Below, in pieces: positions 41,333-51,556 of a stretch of DNA of 64,000 nucleotides. This DNA comes from Myxococcota bacterium (GTDB lineage Bacteria; Myxococcota; XYA12-FULL-58-9; JALHOP01), in assembly GCA_041288095.1 (NCBI GenBank), contig JBGGMJ010000010.1, forward strand, positions 19,581 to 83,580. The letters are read 5' to 3'. Position 1 is the first letter of the stretch; every line of letters starts with the position of its first letter. The position numbers and the translations under genes were made by a program. The notes beneath the pieces are model-generated. The model searched no databases. It was not told the origin of the DNA and worked only from the letters and a program-made list of their open reading frames with translations.

Positions 41333-42657
41333 AGCGCCAGCAAGTTGGTCGCCGCCACCACGGTTGCCTGTACGCCGCGGCGGATGGCGACCTCGGCCAC
41401 CGGCGCATAGCGCGCGGTGTGCCCCTGCGCGAGCGGTTTGCCTTCCTTGTGATACGCCTCGACCGCCTTCGGGTCGCTCGCGCCGACGAAGAAGAAGACC
41501 GCTGGAACGGACCTGTCCTCGAGACTGTAGCGAGAGAAGTCCTCGCCACCCATGCGCGCTTCCTTGATGGCGACGGCGCTTTCCCCCAGCTCGCTCTTCC
41601 ACAGCGTCATGAGTCGCTCGGTGAGCTCGGGGTTGTTGTAGAGCGCCGGCGTGTTGTCGGTCTCGCTCACCTTGACGATGGGCATGCGGTCCCCGGGCAC
41701 GCCGTTGGCGGCGGCGATACCGTTGGCAATGCGGCTGATCCCCGCGAGCAGGACCTTGCGGACCTCCTCCTTGTACGAGCGTACCGTGAGCTGGAGCTTC
41801 ACTTCGTCGGGGATGACGTTGCTCTTGGTGCCGCCGTGGATCGAGCCCACGGTGACGACCGCCGCCTCGCCGGGCGTGACCTCGCGCGAGACGATGGTTT
41901 GCAAGGCGACGACGAGCTCGCCCGCCATGACGATCGGATCCTTGACGAGGTTCGGATAGGCACCGTGGCCGCCGACGCCGCGCATGGTGACCTCGACCGT
42001 ATCGACGTTCGCGAGCAAGAACCCTGGGCGCGTCACCACGACGCCGGCCGCCGTTTCGCTATCGACGTGCAGGCCGATGGCGTAGTTGGGCTTGCCGAAC
42101 TTCTCGTAGAGACCAGCGCTCAACATCGACTTGGCGCCGCTGCCGACTTCTTCGGCCGGCTGGGCGATGAGCACGAGCGTGCCGCGCCACTTGTCCTTGA
42201 GCTGCATCATCATCTCGGCGGTCCCGAGCATCGAGGTCATGTGCACGTCGTGACCGCACGCGTGCATCACGCCGGTCTCGACGCCGGCCGGGGTCTTCGT
42301 GCGCACCTTGCTGGCGAAGGGCAGGCCGGTCTCTTCGGTCACGGGCAACGCGTCCATGTCGGCGCGCACCAGGAGCGTCGGGCCGTTGCCGTTCTTGAAG
42401 ACAGCCACCACGCCGTACGCGGGCTGCTTCGGATCGGCGTAGCGACCGAAGTTGGTCGTCACGGTGTAGCCGAGCGACTTGAGCTTGGACGCGAGCTTGG
42501 CGCTCGTCTTCTCTTCCTTCTCGGAGAGCTCGGGCGAGGCGTGCAGATCCTTGTAGGTCGCGAGCAGCGCCGGCAGCTTCGGCGTCAGCGCCTTGTCGAC
42601 TTCGTTGGACGGCACACCGGCGGCAACCGCGACGTGGATAACGAGAGCTAGGATCAT
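41329..42657 (-). CDS. M20D amidohydrolase with signal-like N-terminus
   Basis: HASPELS, RADMDALP, MHACGHD, QPAEE, GGHGAYP, GEDF. Confidence 0.92.
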   Translation of the reverse strand: MILALVIHVAVAAGVPSNEVDKALTPKLPALLATYKDLHASPELSEKEEKTSAKLASKLKSLGYTVTTNFGRYADPKQPAYGVVAVFKNGNGPTLLVRADMDALPVTEETGLPFASKVRTKTPAGVETGVMHACGHDVHMTSMLGTAEMMMQLKDKWRGTLVLIAQPAEEVGSGAKSMLSAGLYEKFGKPNYAIGLHVDSETAAGVVVTRPGFLLANVDTVEVTMRGVGGHGAYPNLVKDPIVMAGELVVALQTIVSREVTPGEAAVVTVGSIHGGTKSNVIPDEVKLQLTVRSYKEEVRKVLLAGISRIANGIAAANGVPGDRMPIVKVSETDNTPALYNNPELTERLMTLWKSELGESAVAIKEARMGGEDFSRYSLEDRSVPAVFFFVGASDPKAVEAYHKEGKPLAQGHTARYAPVAEVAIRRGVQATVVAATNLLAL

Positions 42658-42678
42658 GCCGCGCTCGAAACCACAGGG

Positions 42679-43944
42679 TCAGCGGGCTTGCAAGAGAGCG
42701 GTCGCTGCCACCACGGTCGCTTGGACACCGCGCTTGATGACGACCTCGGCGACCGGCGCGAAACGGCTGCTGTGCTCGGAGGGTGCGGCTTTGCCGTGCT
42801 CCATGAGCTTGGGGTCCGTCGCCCCAACGAAGAAGAAGACCGCTGGAACGGAGTGGTCGGGCAAGCTGAAGCGGCCGAAGTCCTCGCCGGTCATGCGCGG
42901 CGCGCGCGGTTTGACGGTGCTCTCGCCAAGCTCGGCGATCCAGATGCGCGTCAGCCGCTCGGTGAGCTCCGGGTCGTTGTAGGTCGCGGGTGTGCCGCCT
43001 GGATGATTGGTGATGACCGGCATGCGGTCGGCGGGCACCCCATGGGCGGCCGCGACGCCATTGGCGATGCGAGCGATACCGTCGAGCAGGAGCTTCCTCG
43101 CGGCCTCACCATAGGAGCGTACGGTGAGCTGAAGCTTCACTTCGTCGGGGATGATGTTGTGCTTGGTGCCGCCGTGAAACGAGCCGACGGTCACGACGCC
43201 GGGCTCGCCGGGGGAAAGCTCGCGCGAGACCAGCGTCTGGAGCGTCATCACCAGCTCGCTCGCCATGACGATCGGATCTTTGGCCATCTCCGGCGCCGCC
43301 CCATGGCCACCGACCCCACGCACGGTGATGTCGACACTGTCGACGTTGGCGAGGACGTACCCGGAGCGCGTGCTCACGACTCCCATGGGCGAGCCTGCAT
43401 CGACGTGCAACGCGAGCGCGTAGGTCGGCTTGGCGAACTTCTCGTAGAGGCCCGCCGACAACATCGCCTTGGCGCCCTTGCCGACCTCTTCGGCTGACTG
43501 ACCGATCAGCATCAAGGTTCCGCGCCAGCGATCCTTGAGCCGCGCCATCACCTCGGCGGTGCCGAGCAGCGACGTCATGTGTACGTCGTGTCCACACGCG
43601 TGCATGACTCCGCGTGTCGTGCTCGCGTACGTGAGGCCGGTGTCTTCGGTCACCGGCAACGCGTCCATATCGGCACGGACCAAGAGCGTGGGACCATCGC
43701 CGTTCTTCAGGATGGCGACGACGCCGTGCAGGCCGACGCCCGTGGTCACCGCGTATCCGAGTGTCTTGAGCTTCGCGGCGAGCTTCGCGCTCGTTTGCGC
43801 TTCCTTCTCCGACAGCTCGGGATGGGCGTGGAGATCCTCGTAGGTCGCGACGAGACTCGCTAGCTTCGGCGAAAGAACTTTGTCGACCTCGGCGGTGGAG
43901 ACACCAGCGGCAAGACTCACGTGAACGGCCAACGCGACGAGCAT
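42679..43944 (-). CDS. M20D amidohydrolase, tandem paralogue
   Basis: Same motifs as the neighbour (HAHPELS, RADMDALP, MHACGHD, GGHGAAP, GEDF). Confidence 0.92.
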   Translation of the reverse strand: MLVALAVHVSLAAGVSTAEVDKVLSPKLASLVATYEDLHAHPELSEKEAQTSAKLAAKLKTLGYAVTTGVGLHGVVAILKNGDGPTLLVRADMDALPVTEDTGLTYASTTRGVMHACGHDVHMTSLLGTAEVMARLKDRWRGTLMLIGQSAEEVGKGAKAMLSAGLYEKFAKPTYALALHVDAGSPMGVVSTRSGYVLANVDSVDITVRGVGGHGAAPEMAKDPIVMASELVMTLQTLVSRELSPGEPGVVTVGSFHGGTKHNIIPDEVKLQLTVRSYGEAARKLLLDGIARIANGVAAAHGVPADRMPVITNHPGGTPATYNDPELTERLTRIWIAELGESTVKPRAPRMTGEDFGRFSLPDHSVPAVFFFVGATDPKLMEHGKAAPSEHSSRFAPVAEVVIKRGVQATVVAATALLQAR

Positions 43945-44064
43945 GGGGCGCCCGAGACCACGGTGGCGACGGCCCTGTCAAACGGCTCACGTTGCGCGCA
44001 TGACACGGCGTCGGGAAACCCCTGCTGGAAGCGCACGATAACTGCGGCGTTCCAGGAGAGCTCC

Positions 44065-44499
44065 ATGCGTCACGTCACCGCAGTTGCCACGAACCCCGCG
44101 GCCGTCGCCAAGGCGGTCAGTGGCCCTATGTACGCTATAGAAGACCTGAGAATTCTGGCGGAGAAGCCCACCCCGGCCAATGGTTGGCAAACACATCCGC
44201 AGCTCGCTGGTCTCAGGTTCCTGCCCATCGCGACCCTCGGCGGTGGCGGCACGACGCTCTACATGCTGGCCCCAGGGGCGCGCGTTCCCGGTCACGAGCA
44301 CGGCGTGGGTGGCGAGCATACGCTGATGCTCGACGGCACCATCACCGCGGGCAACTTCACGTTGAAGGCTGGTGAAAGCGTGTTCCGCGGCGAAGGCACC
44401 ATCGACGAGGCCGCGACCGCTGGACCAACGGGTGCGCTCTTGGTCGTGACCCGCCAGAGCCCACTGAAGCCGCTTTACCAGAAGCCGCGCCAAGCGTAG
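44065..44499 (+). CDS. Cupin-domain protein (ChrR-like)
   Basis: LAPGARVPGHEHGVGGEHTLMLDG cupin motif; AGGAG RBS. Confidence 0.7.
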   Translation: MRHVTAVATNPAAVAKAVSGPMYAIEDLRILAEKPTPANGWQTHPQLAGLRFLPIATLGGGGTTLYMLAPGARVPGHEHGVGGEHTLMLDGTITAGNFTLKAGESVFRGEGTIDEAATAGPTGALLVVTRQSPLKPLYQKPRQA

Positions 44500-44520
44500 G
44501 TACCCCTTTTGGGGGCTCTC

Positions 44521-45072
44521 GTGTCCAAGGCGTTCACGCGCGAAAGCGACGAAGAAACCGACAGCGAGGAATTCGCCGAAGAGGAAGAGAAGGCGAAGAA
44601 CCTCGGCCGTCAGTACATCACGCCGAGCGGTTACAAGCGCATGGGCGACGAGCTCGATCAGCTCTGGCGGGTCGAGCGACCCAAGGTGACCCGCGAGGTC
44701 GAGGCCGCCGCGGCGATGGGCGACCGCTCCGAAAACGCCGAGTACATCTACGGCAAGCGTCGCCTGCGGCAGATCGATAGCCGCTTGCGCTTCTTGAAGA
44801 AGCGCTTGGAGAACGTCACGGTGGTGACCGCTTCTCCGGACCAGGCCGACAAGGTGTTCTTCGGGGCCACGGTCACCGTCGAGGACGAGGACGGCGAGAC
44901 GTTCAGGTATCGCCTGGTGGGCGCCGATGAGATCGACACCGCCAAGCGCTGGATCAGTCTCGACTCACCCATCGGCAAGGCGCTGCTCGGCAAGAAAAAC
45001 GGCGCGGTGGTTACCGTGCAGCGCCCGAAGGGTGAAGTCGAGCTCACGATCATCGCGATCGCGTACGATTGA
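44521..45072 (+). CDS. greB: Transcription elongation factor GreB
   Basis: SKAFTRE, YITPSG, LWRVERP, GDRSENAEYIYGKRRLRQIDSRLRFL, ISLDSPIGKAL. Confidence 0.95.
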   Translation: MSKAFTRESDEETDSEEFAEEEEKAKNLGRQYITPSGYKRMGDELDQLWRVERPKVTREVEAAAAMGDRSENAEYIYGKRRLRQIDSRLRFLKKRLENVTVVTASPDQADKVFFGATVTVEDEDGETFRYRLVGADEIDTAKRWISLDSPIGKALLGKKNGAVVTVQRPKGEVELTIIAIAYD

Positions 45073-45080
45073 GCAGCTTA

Positions 45081-45413
45081 CTACGGCTCGACTTCCATCT
45101 TGGTCGCGTTCTCGAACACCGCGTATTTGATGGTCGCGGGAATGCCGCGCTTGGTGACGACCCGCAGGTCGCCCTGCAGCACGTACTGTCCGCCGATCTG
45201 GAAGTCGCTGGGGCCGAGGTAGACCTTGTCGAAGGTCCGATCACCCACGGTGAGCGTCTTGTTGAGCACGAGGTACATTCCAGAGGGCGGCGCGTTACCG
45301 CCCGGGCCGAACAGCGACAAACGTTGGACGATACCCTCGAGCACCATACGGACCGGCGGGGTCTCGATACGACCGCGAATCGCGTCCGGCTGGCCAACCT
45401 TCAAACTAGTCAT
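45081..45413 (-). CDS. Small hypothetical beta-rich protein
   Basis: Clean ORF, GGAGA RBS before ATG 45413 (MTSLKVG), sigma28-like motif upstream. Confidence 0.65.
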   Translation of the reverse strand: MTSLKVGQPDAIRGRIETPPVRMVLEGIVQRLSLFGPGGNAPPSGMYLVLNKTLTVGDRTFDKVYLGPSDFQIGGQYVLQGDLRVVTKRGIPATIKYAVFENATKMEVEP

Positions 45414-45454
45414 CTCTGTCTCCACGACGTAGCGGCGGCTCGACGGGTTTCCCG

Positions 45455-45481
45455 TTATCGAGCGCTGCCGGTCGTTGGTGC
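45455..45481 (-). promoter_or_regulatory. Variant sigma28-like promoter (GCAC-N15-CTCGATAA)
   Basis: Same spacing as the exact copies. Confidence 0.4.
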
Positions 45482-45506
45482 GGCTAGCGCCACGTTGGCG
45501 GTGTCA

Positions 45507-46796
45507 CTAGGAGAGTGAGCGCGTGAACACGGGTGCGAACCCCCCGCCCTGGGTGCGGAAGTTGGTCGTTTGGCCCATGTAGAGCCGTGAGGCGAAGAGC
45601 TGCACCTCGCCGGCGTAGGTGTACGCCCGAACGTCCAGCTTGAGCGGGAAGGCTTGGCCGTCGAGCTCGATCATCCGCTCGCTCGGGGGCACCGTGCGCT
45701 GGGCGACGTAGGGCTTGGTCAAGAGCTCGGCCCAGGTGCCTTTCGTGAGCTTGTCGCCGCGATAGGCGGCCTTGCTGCCGAAGCCATGGATCGGCTTGAA
45801 GAAGTACTGCTTGCGCGCCGCCCAGAGGACCTCGGCGTCGGCCGGGTCGACGAGGATCGTCTTGGGGATGCCGTCCGCCAAAACACGCATGGTCTCCGGG
45901 GGGATGCCCATGCTGGTGAGGAACGTCAGGTCCGAGAGCAGAGCCAGGTTGCGCTTGTCGGCGTAGAGCGCGTGAGCACGCGGATGCGGCGTGATGACGG
46001 CGGCGTCGCGTAGATAGGCCTCGCGCAGAGCGGCGTGCTCGGGTGCATCGAAATAGAAATCCGTGCAGCGGTTGTAGACCAGGTCGATGACTTCGCCGTT
46101 ACCTCGGAGCTTGCCGTCGAAGGTGAGCGCGCGCGCGTCGAGGATGGTGGCGTCGTAACCGGCGCGCTTGAACAGCTCACGGAAGAGCATGAATTCGGGA
46201 TAGAGAAACTGCCCCTCCGGATCGTCGTCGACGATCGCTATCCTCTTTAGCGGTGTGTCGGAGCGGCTGCGGCGAAACTCGCTCTCGAACATCGTGACGA
46301 AGGCCTGCTCGATGCCCTCGGGCGCCGTGGTGAGCTCGTCCATCTCGGTACAACAGGCGCTGTGAGCTCGAGCCAGAAAGGCATTGAGCAGAGCGCCGCC
46401 GGCGTTGGTGTTGATCTCGATGAGCTGCGGGCCTTCATCGCCAATGTGGAAGTCGTAGCCGAAGAAGACGCCGAGGTGCCGCTCGTTTTGCCGGGCGATG
46501 GCCGGCGCTTTCGCGAGCGCCGCGTCGCGATATGCCGTGCGCAGGACGACGCTCTCGACCGCCTGGATGATGCGCCGTATGCGCGACAGGTCCTGGGAGC
46601 CAACGTAGACCGGCACGGATGCGAACAGCGGCGCTGCTTGGGCGATGAGCCCGGCGGACAGACCGCTCTCGAGGCCGGCCTTCTCGAGCAATCCCGCGAG
46701 CTTGGGACGGTCGATGGTCAGGCACCGGCAGTCACGGTTGAAGTCGAAAGCAGCCACTTCGGGCCCATCGATGCGCCGCCGCCCGCAGGTTGTCAA
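45507..46796 (-). CDS. ATP-grasp-like ligase (circularly permuted/Gsp-synthase-like)
   Basis: GYDFH..LIEINTNAGG, VYNR.TD, DKRNL, FFKP..GFGSK, YVAQ, DVR..GGFAPV; start uncertain. Confidence 0.65.
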   Translation of the reverse strand: MTTCGRRRIDGPEVAAFDFNRDCRCLTIDRPKLAGLLEKAGLESGLSAGLIAQAAPLFASVPVYVGSQDLSRIRRIIQAVESVVLRTAYRDAALAKAPAIARQNERHLGVFFGYDFHIGDEGPQLIEINTNAGGALLNAFLARAHSACCTEMDELTTAPEGIEQAFVTMFESEFRRSRSDTPLKRIAIVDDDPEGQFLYPEFMLFRELFKRAGYDATILDARALTFDGKLRGNGEVIDLVYNRCTDFYFDAPEHAALREAYLRDAAVITPHPRAHALYADKRNLALLSDLTFLTSMGIPPETMRVLADGIPKTILVDPADAEVLWAARKQYFFKPIHGFGSKAAYRGDKLTKGTWAELLTKPYVAQRTVPPSERMIELDGQAFPLKLDVRAYTYAGEVQLFASRLYMGQTTNFRTQGGGFAPVFTRSLS

Positions 46797-46843
46797 ATGG
46801 CCTGATTAGGGCTTATGAAACGCCCGCCAATCAGGAGCCTGCC

Positions 46844-48022
46844 ATGTCCGAGCGCCAGAGCCTCGACTCCATCATCGCCATCGAGCATCTCCTCACCGAC
46901 GAGGAAAAGGCCGCCCGCAACGCCGTTCGCGGTTGGGTGCGCGAGCGTTTCATGCCGGTGATCACCAAGGCGCACCGCGACGGTGAGTTCCCGATGCAGC
47001 TCATCCCCGAGCTCGCCGACCTCGGCGTCTTCGGCGCCAACATCGAAGGCTACGGCTGCGCGGGCATGAACAACGTGAGCTACGGCCTAGTGCTGCAAGA
47101 GCTCGAGCGCGGCGACTCCGGCTTGCGCTCGCTGTGCAGCGTGCAAGGCTCGCTCGTCATGCACCCGATCCTCGCTTACGGCAGCGAAGAGCAGCGCAAG
47201 AAGTGGCTGCCCGAGCTGTCGTCGGGCCGCATGATCGGTTGTTTCGGCCTCACCGAGCCGGGCTCGGGCTCCGACCCGGGTAGCATGGCAACGACCGCTA
47301 AAAAAGACGGCAATCACTACGTGTTGAACGGAGTGAAGGCGTGGATCACCAATTCCCCGGTGTCGCACCTCGCGGTCGTCTGGGCCAAGGTCGAAGACGA
47401 GGGCGGAAACATTCGCGGCTTCGTGGTCGAGCGTGGCACCAAGGGCTACGACACGCCCTACATCGAGGGCAAATGGTCGCTGCGCGCCTCACCGACTGGT
47501 GAGATTCACCTCACCGACTGCCGTGTGCCGGCGGCGAATCTGTTGCCCAATTCGGGGGGCCTCAAGTCGCCGCTCGGTTGCCTCACGCAAGCACGCGAAG
47601 GCATCGCCTGGGGCGTCACCGGTGTCGCCATGGACTGCTTCGATACGGCGTTGAATTACGGCCTCGAGCGCAAGCAGTTCGCAAAACCCATCGCGTCGTT
47701 CCAGATGTATCAGGAGCAGCTCGCGGAGATGGCCACGATGATCGCCACCTCGCAGATGATGTCGCTCCACTATGGGCGCTTGAAGGACGAGAAGAAGCTG
47801 ACGCCCGTGCAGGTCAGCATGCACAAGCGTCACAACGTTCGCGCGGCGCGTGAGATCGCCAAGATGGCGCGCGGCATGCTTGGCGGCATCGGCATCACCG
47901 ACGCCTATCCGATCATGCGGCACATCATGAACGTCGAGAGCGTCTACACCTACGAGGGCACTCACGAGATTCATACCTTGGCGATCGGCCGCGCGCTCAC
48001 GGGCATCAACGCCTTCGCGTGA
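46844..48022 (+). CDS. gcdH: Acyl-CoA dehydrogenase, glutaryl-CoA dehydrogenase-like
   Basis: ELERGDSGLRS..SVQGSLVM, GCFGLTEP, WITNSP, TYEGTHEIH..IGRALTG. Confidence 0.85.
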   Translation: MSERQSLDSIIAIEHLLTDEEKAARNAVRGWVRERFMPVITKAHRDGEFPMQLIPELADLGVFGANIEGYGCAGMNNVSYGLVLQELERGDSGLRSLCSVQGSLVMHPILAYGSEEQRKKWLPELSSGRMIGCFGLTEPGSGSDPGSMATTAKKDGNHYVLNGVKAWITNSPVSHLAVVWAKVEDEGGNIRGFVVERGTKGYDTPYIEGKWSLRASPTGEIHLTDCRVPAANLLPNSGGLKSPLGCLTQAREGIAWGVTGVAMDCFDTALNYGLERKQFAKPIASFQMYQEQLAEMATMIATSQMMSLHYGRLKDEKKLTPVQVSMHKRHNVRAAREIAKMARGMLGGIGITDAYPIMRHIMNVESVYTYEGTHEIHTLAIGRALTGINAFA

Positions 48023-50217
48023 GCGGCACTCGCCGAACCGCGGTCATCACGGGCATGGGAGCGGTCTGCTCCCTCGGTCTCACGCCTGACGCCATCTTCG
48101 ACGCCGTGGTCGCTGGAACGGTGGGGGCCCGCGAGGTCGATCGCTGGCAGGGCGAGGGGCTGCGTGTCACCCGCGCCGCGATCGTCGATAGGACGCCGGT
48201 GCGGCAAGCCCTCGGAGCGTCGGTCGGCTCGACCATGGCGGGCAACTTCGAGATGCCGTGGGTGTCGCAAATGGGCGTGGTCGCGGCGCGACGCGCTTTA
48301 GCGGACGCTGGGCTCGCCGGCTCCCTCGGCGATCGACCGCTCGTTGCCTCCTGCACCATCGGTTCGCCGGGCACCGCCGAGCCCGTCGACAAGGTCTGGG
48401 CCAACATGGATCTGGCGGCGCCGGCGAATCTCACACGCTACGCCGAAGGCTCGATGGTGGCCTTCGTTGCCGAGGCCATCGGCGCGACTGGACCGGTGAC
48501 CTGCCTCATGAGCACGTGCGCCGGCGGCAACTACGCCATGGGCTCGGCCCTCGATCTCGTGACCAGCGGCAAGGCCCGGCAAGTGCTGGCCGGCGGCATC
48601 GAAGAAGTGTCGACGATGGTCTTCACCTCGTTCCACCAGCTGCGCGCCGTTGCCGGGAGCTGCAAGCCATTCGACGTCGACCGCCAGGGGCTCCTCTTTG
48701 GCGAAGGCGCGGCATTCTTGCTCATCGAGGACGAGGAGAGCGCGCTGACGCGCGGTGCGACCATCCGCGCCTATGTGCTCGGCATTGGCTACGCAAATGA
48801 CGCGCACCACCTCGTTGCGCCCGACCAGGACGGCGCCGGGGCAGCAATGGCCATGCGTCGGGCACTCGCGGAGGCGGAGGTTGCCGCGGCGGACATCGGC
48901 TACGTCAACGCGCACGGCACCGGCACCGAAGCCAACGACGCCGCCGAGCTGCGTGCCTTGAATTCCGTTTTCGCGGACGACGCATCGCGGATCGCGGTCA
49001 GCTCGACCAAGGGCGCGACCGGCCACCTCATGGGCGCCGCCGGCGCGCTCGAGGCTGTTCTGACCACCATCGCCTTGCAGCGCCAGCTCTTGCCTCAGAA
49101 CGTAGGCCTGACGAACCCAGTGCCCGACGCAGTCGTGGATCTCATTCGCGACGCGCCGCGCGTGAAGGCTGTGGACGTCGCCATGTCGACCGGCTTCGGC
49201 TTCGGCGGCAATGACGCGGCGCTGGTGCTTGGCCGCCGCCGCAAGAGCCTTCCCGAAGTGCCTCGCCGTCCGGTGTACGTGAAAGGGCTGGCGGCGTTGG
49301 CGGGTACCTTCCTCGGGGTGGACGAGGTCATGAGCCGCTTTCACGGCGGCTTCGCCATCAAGGAAGCCGAGCGGCGCGCTACCTTCGCGCCCGAGGGTAT
49401 CCTCGGCAAGAAGGGTCTGCGCCACGTCGACCGGGCGGCGATCCTCTGGGCCGCGGCGCTGGAGCGCGAGCTCCCTGATTGGCCCGGCATCGCCCCCGAG
49501 CGCGCCGGCGCGGTATTCGGCGCGGCGTTCCCGGCGTTTCAGCAAGTCGTCGGCATTGCGCGTGACTACCAGACGGGCGGCGCGAGCAGCGTCAATCCGA
49601 TGCGCGTGCCCTTCGCCACGGCCAATTGCGCGTCGTCCTGGTGGCTCATTCGTCGCGGCATCACCGGGTTCTCGAGCGCTGTCGGTAACAGCGAGTGCGC
49701 CGGACTCGACGCCATTATCGCGGCGGCACACCAGATCGCGCGCGGCCGTGCGGACGAGCTCGTCGCGGGCGGTGCCGAAGGCGAGCTCGCGGAGCTCTGG
49801 AAAGGCCTCGCGGAGATCGGCTGGCACCAGGGCTTGGTCGCCGAGGGTATGGGCGCGCTACTGCTTTCGAGCGAGGCTGATGGTGCCTGGGCGCGCTTGG
49901 TCGACGCCGAGAGTGCTTTCGAGCGCCGGCGTTCGTCCGCCGCGGCGGAGCGGGCGGTCGAGACCTTGCTGACTCGCCTACGTCTACCGCTGGTCGATGT
50001 GCTCGTCACGCCGCGCCGGCTCGGCCTCGAGACCTTCGCGAATCACCTGTACGTCACCAGCGACACCCTGGGCGACTCGCTCGGCGCCGGTAGCGCGCTC
50101 GCGGCCGTGGTCGGTGCATCGCTCTTGCGTCCGCCAAAGCGGATGACGGCACAGGTCTTGGTTGTCAGCGACAGCATGGATGGCTACGCAACCGCGGCGC
50201 TCTTCGAAGGGGTATGA
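48019..50217 (+). CDS. Beta-ketoacyl synthase fused to a chain-length-factor-like domain
   Basis: KS1 has STCAGG, NAHGTGT, GHLMGAAG, FGFGG; the second thiolase-fold domain has E in place of the catalytic C (SECAGLDA) and lacks HGTGT. Confidence 0.85.
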   Translation: MSGTRRTAVITGMGAVCSLGLTPDAIFDAVVAGTVGAREVDRWQGEGLRVTRAAIVDRTPVRQALGASVGSTMAGNFEMPWVSQMGVVAARRALADAGLAGSLGDRPLVASCTIGSPGTAEPVDKVWANMDLAAPANLTRYAEGSMVAFVAEAIGATGPVTCLMSTCAGGNYAMGSALDLVTSGKARQVLAGGIEEVSTMVFTSFHQLRAVAGSCKPFDVDRQGLLFGEGAAFLLIEDEESALTRGATIRAYVLGIGYANDAHHLVAPDQDGAGAAMAMRRALAEAEVAAADIGYVNAHGTGTEANDAAELRALNSVFADDASRIAVSSTKGATGHLMGAAGALEAVLTTIALQRQLLPQNVGLTNPVPDAVVDLIRDAPRVKAVDVAMSTGFGFGGNDAALVLGRRRKSLPEVPRRPVYVKGLAALAGTFLGVDEVMSRFHGGFAIKEAERRATFAPEGILGKKGLRHVDRAAILWAAALERELPDWPGIAPERAGAVFGAAFPAFQQVVGIARDYQTGGASSVNPMRVPFATANCASSWWLIRRGITGFSSAVGNSECAGLDAIIAAAHQIARGRADELVAGGAEGELAELWKGLAEIGWHQGLVAEGMGALLLSSEADGAWARLVDAESAFERRRSSAAAERAVETLLTRLRLPLVDVLVTPRRLGLETFANHLYVTSDTLGDSLGAGSALAAVVGASLLRPPKRMTAQVLVVSDSMDGYATAALFEGV

Positions 50218-50224
50218 TCCAATC

Positions 50225-50470
50225 ATGGCTGACCTACGTGAACAGCTGCGCGCCATCATCGCCGAGATCGCCGAAATCGATGACCCGTCGCGCATCACCG
50301 ATGATGCCAACTTGTACAACGAGCTCGGTGTCGATTCGATGCAGGCCCTCGAGATCGTCCTGGAGCTCGAAAAACGCTTCAACGTCGCGATCCCCGAAGC
50401 AAAGCTGAAGGAAATCCGCACCTTCGGCGACGCGGTGCGGGTCGCGAAAGACGCCGGCGCCCCCGGCTGA
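50225..50470 (+). CDS. Acyl carrier protein
   Basis: LGVDSMQALEIVLELEKRF phosphopantetheine site. Confidence 0.92.
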   Translation: MADLREQLRAIIAEIAEIDDPSRITDDANLYNELGVDSMQALEIVLELEKRFNVAIPEAKLKEIRTFGDAVRVAKDAGAPG

Positions 50471-50530
50471 CGGGGCCGGTGAACCGTCGTCCGTACCCAT
50501 GCGCCGCCCGGTCTGCTATCGGGCCGGCCC

Positions 50531-51502
50531 ATGGCTGCTTCCGTATTGGCGCCACGCCGCGTCTCCCTGCTCCTTGGTTACGCCGCGGTCTACATCGTCT
50601 GGGGCTCGACCTACCTCGCCCTGCGCTACGTCGTCGAAGCCTTGCCGCCCCTGGTCGCGGCCGGCGCCCGCTTCTTGGTCGCGGGTGCCATCCTCTATGC
50701 CTTCATGCGGCTACGCGGCACGCCGGCTCCCAATCGGCGCCAATGGCTGATCGCCCTCATGCTCGGTGCTTTCCTGCTGCTCGGAGGAAACGGCGGCGTC
50801 ATGTGGGCCGAGCAACGCATCTCGTCCGCCATAGCGGCCTTGCTCGTTGCCTCCGAGCCCTTGTGGATCGTCCTGCTCGAGTGGTTGCGCCCGAGGGGCA
50901 CTCGGCCAAGCCGTCGCATGGTGATCGGTCTCGCGATTGGTTTCGCGGGTGTGGTCATCCTCGTCTCACCGAGCGGCGGCGAGGGCGTCGCACGTGTCGA
51001 TCTCGCGGGGGCGGCGGCGGTCGTGCTCGGCGCGTTTTTCTGGGCCGTGGGGTCGTTGCTCTCGAACAAGCTGCCGGCGGGTGAGCTTCCGAAGTCGCCG
51101 ATCGCGACCAGCGCCTCGCAGATGCTCGCCGGCGGCGCCCTGCTGTTCATCGTCGGCGCGGCGCGCGGTGAGCTACCGTTGGTCACCGCTGAAGCGTTCA
51201 CACCCAAAGTCGTCTTCTCGATCGCCTACCTCATCGTTTTCGGTTCCATCGTCGCGTTCAACACCTACGCCTGGCTGTTGCGCGTCGAGCCCCCGGCCCG
51301 CGTCGCGACCTACGCCTTCGTGAACCCCGCGGTGGCGATGCTGCTGGGGTGGGCAATCGGTGGCGAGCCCATCACCACGATGACCCTGGTCGCCGGCGCC
51401 TTCATCATCGTGGCGGTGGCGCTCATCGTCACCGGCAGCGCCAAGCCCGGCAAGCCGACCGAGACCGCGCGTGAGCTCGCCACAGCTGAACGCGCCGCCT
51501 GA
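50531..51502 (+). CDS. EamA/DMT transporter (YedA-like)
   Basis: YIVWGSTY, GNGGV, GSIVAF..Y, TYAFVNP; about 10 TM segments. Confidence 0.9.
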   Translation: MAASVLAPRRVSLLLGYAAVYIVWGSTYLALRYVVEALPPLVAAGARFLVAGAILYAFMRLRGTPAPNRRQWLIALMLGAFLLLGGNGGVMWAEQRISSAIAALLVASEPLWIVLLEWLRPRGTRPSRRMVIGLAIGFAGVVILVSPSGGEGVARVDLAGAAAVVLGAFFWAVGSLLSNKLPAGELPKSPIATSASQMLAGGALLFIVGAARGELPLVTAEAFTPKVVFSIAYLIVFGSIVAFNTYAWLLRVEPPARVATYAFVNPAVAMLLGWAIGGEPITTMTLVAGAFIIVAVALIVTGSAKPGKPTETARELATAERAA

Positions 51503-51556
51503 CCGCACGTCGACATCAACTCCGCGTACAATCGGCATATTTTGGCGGAATCGCGC

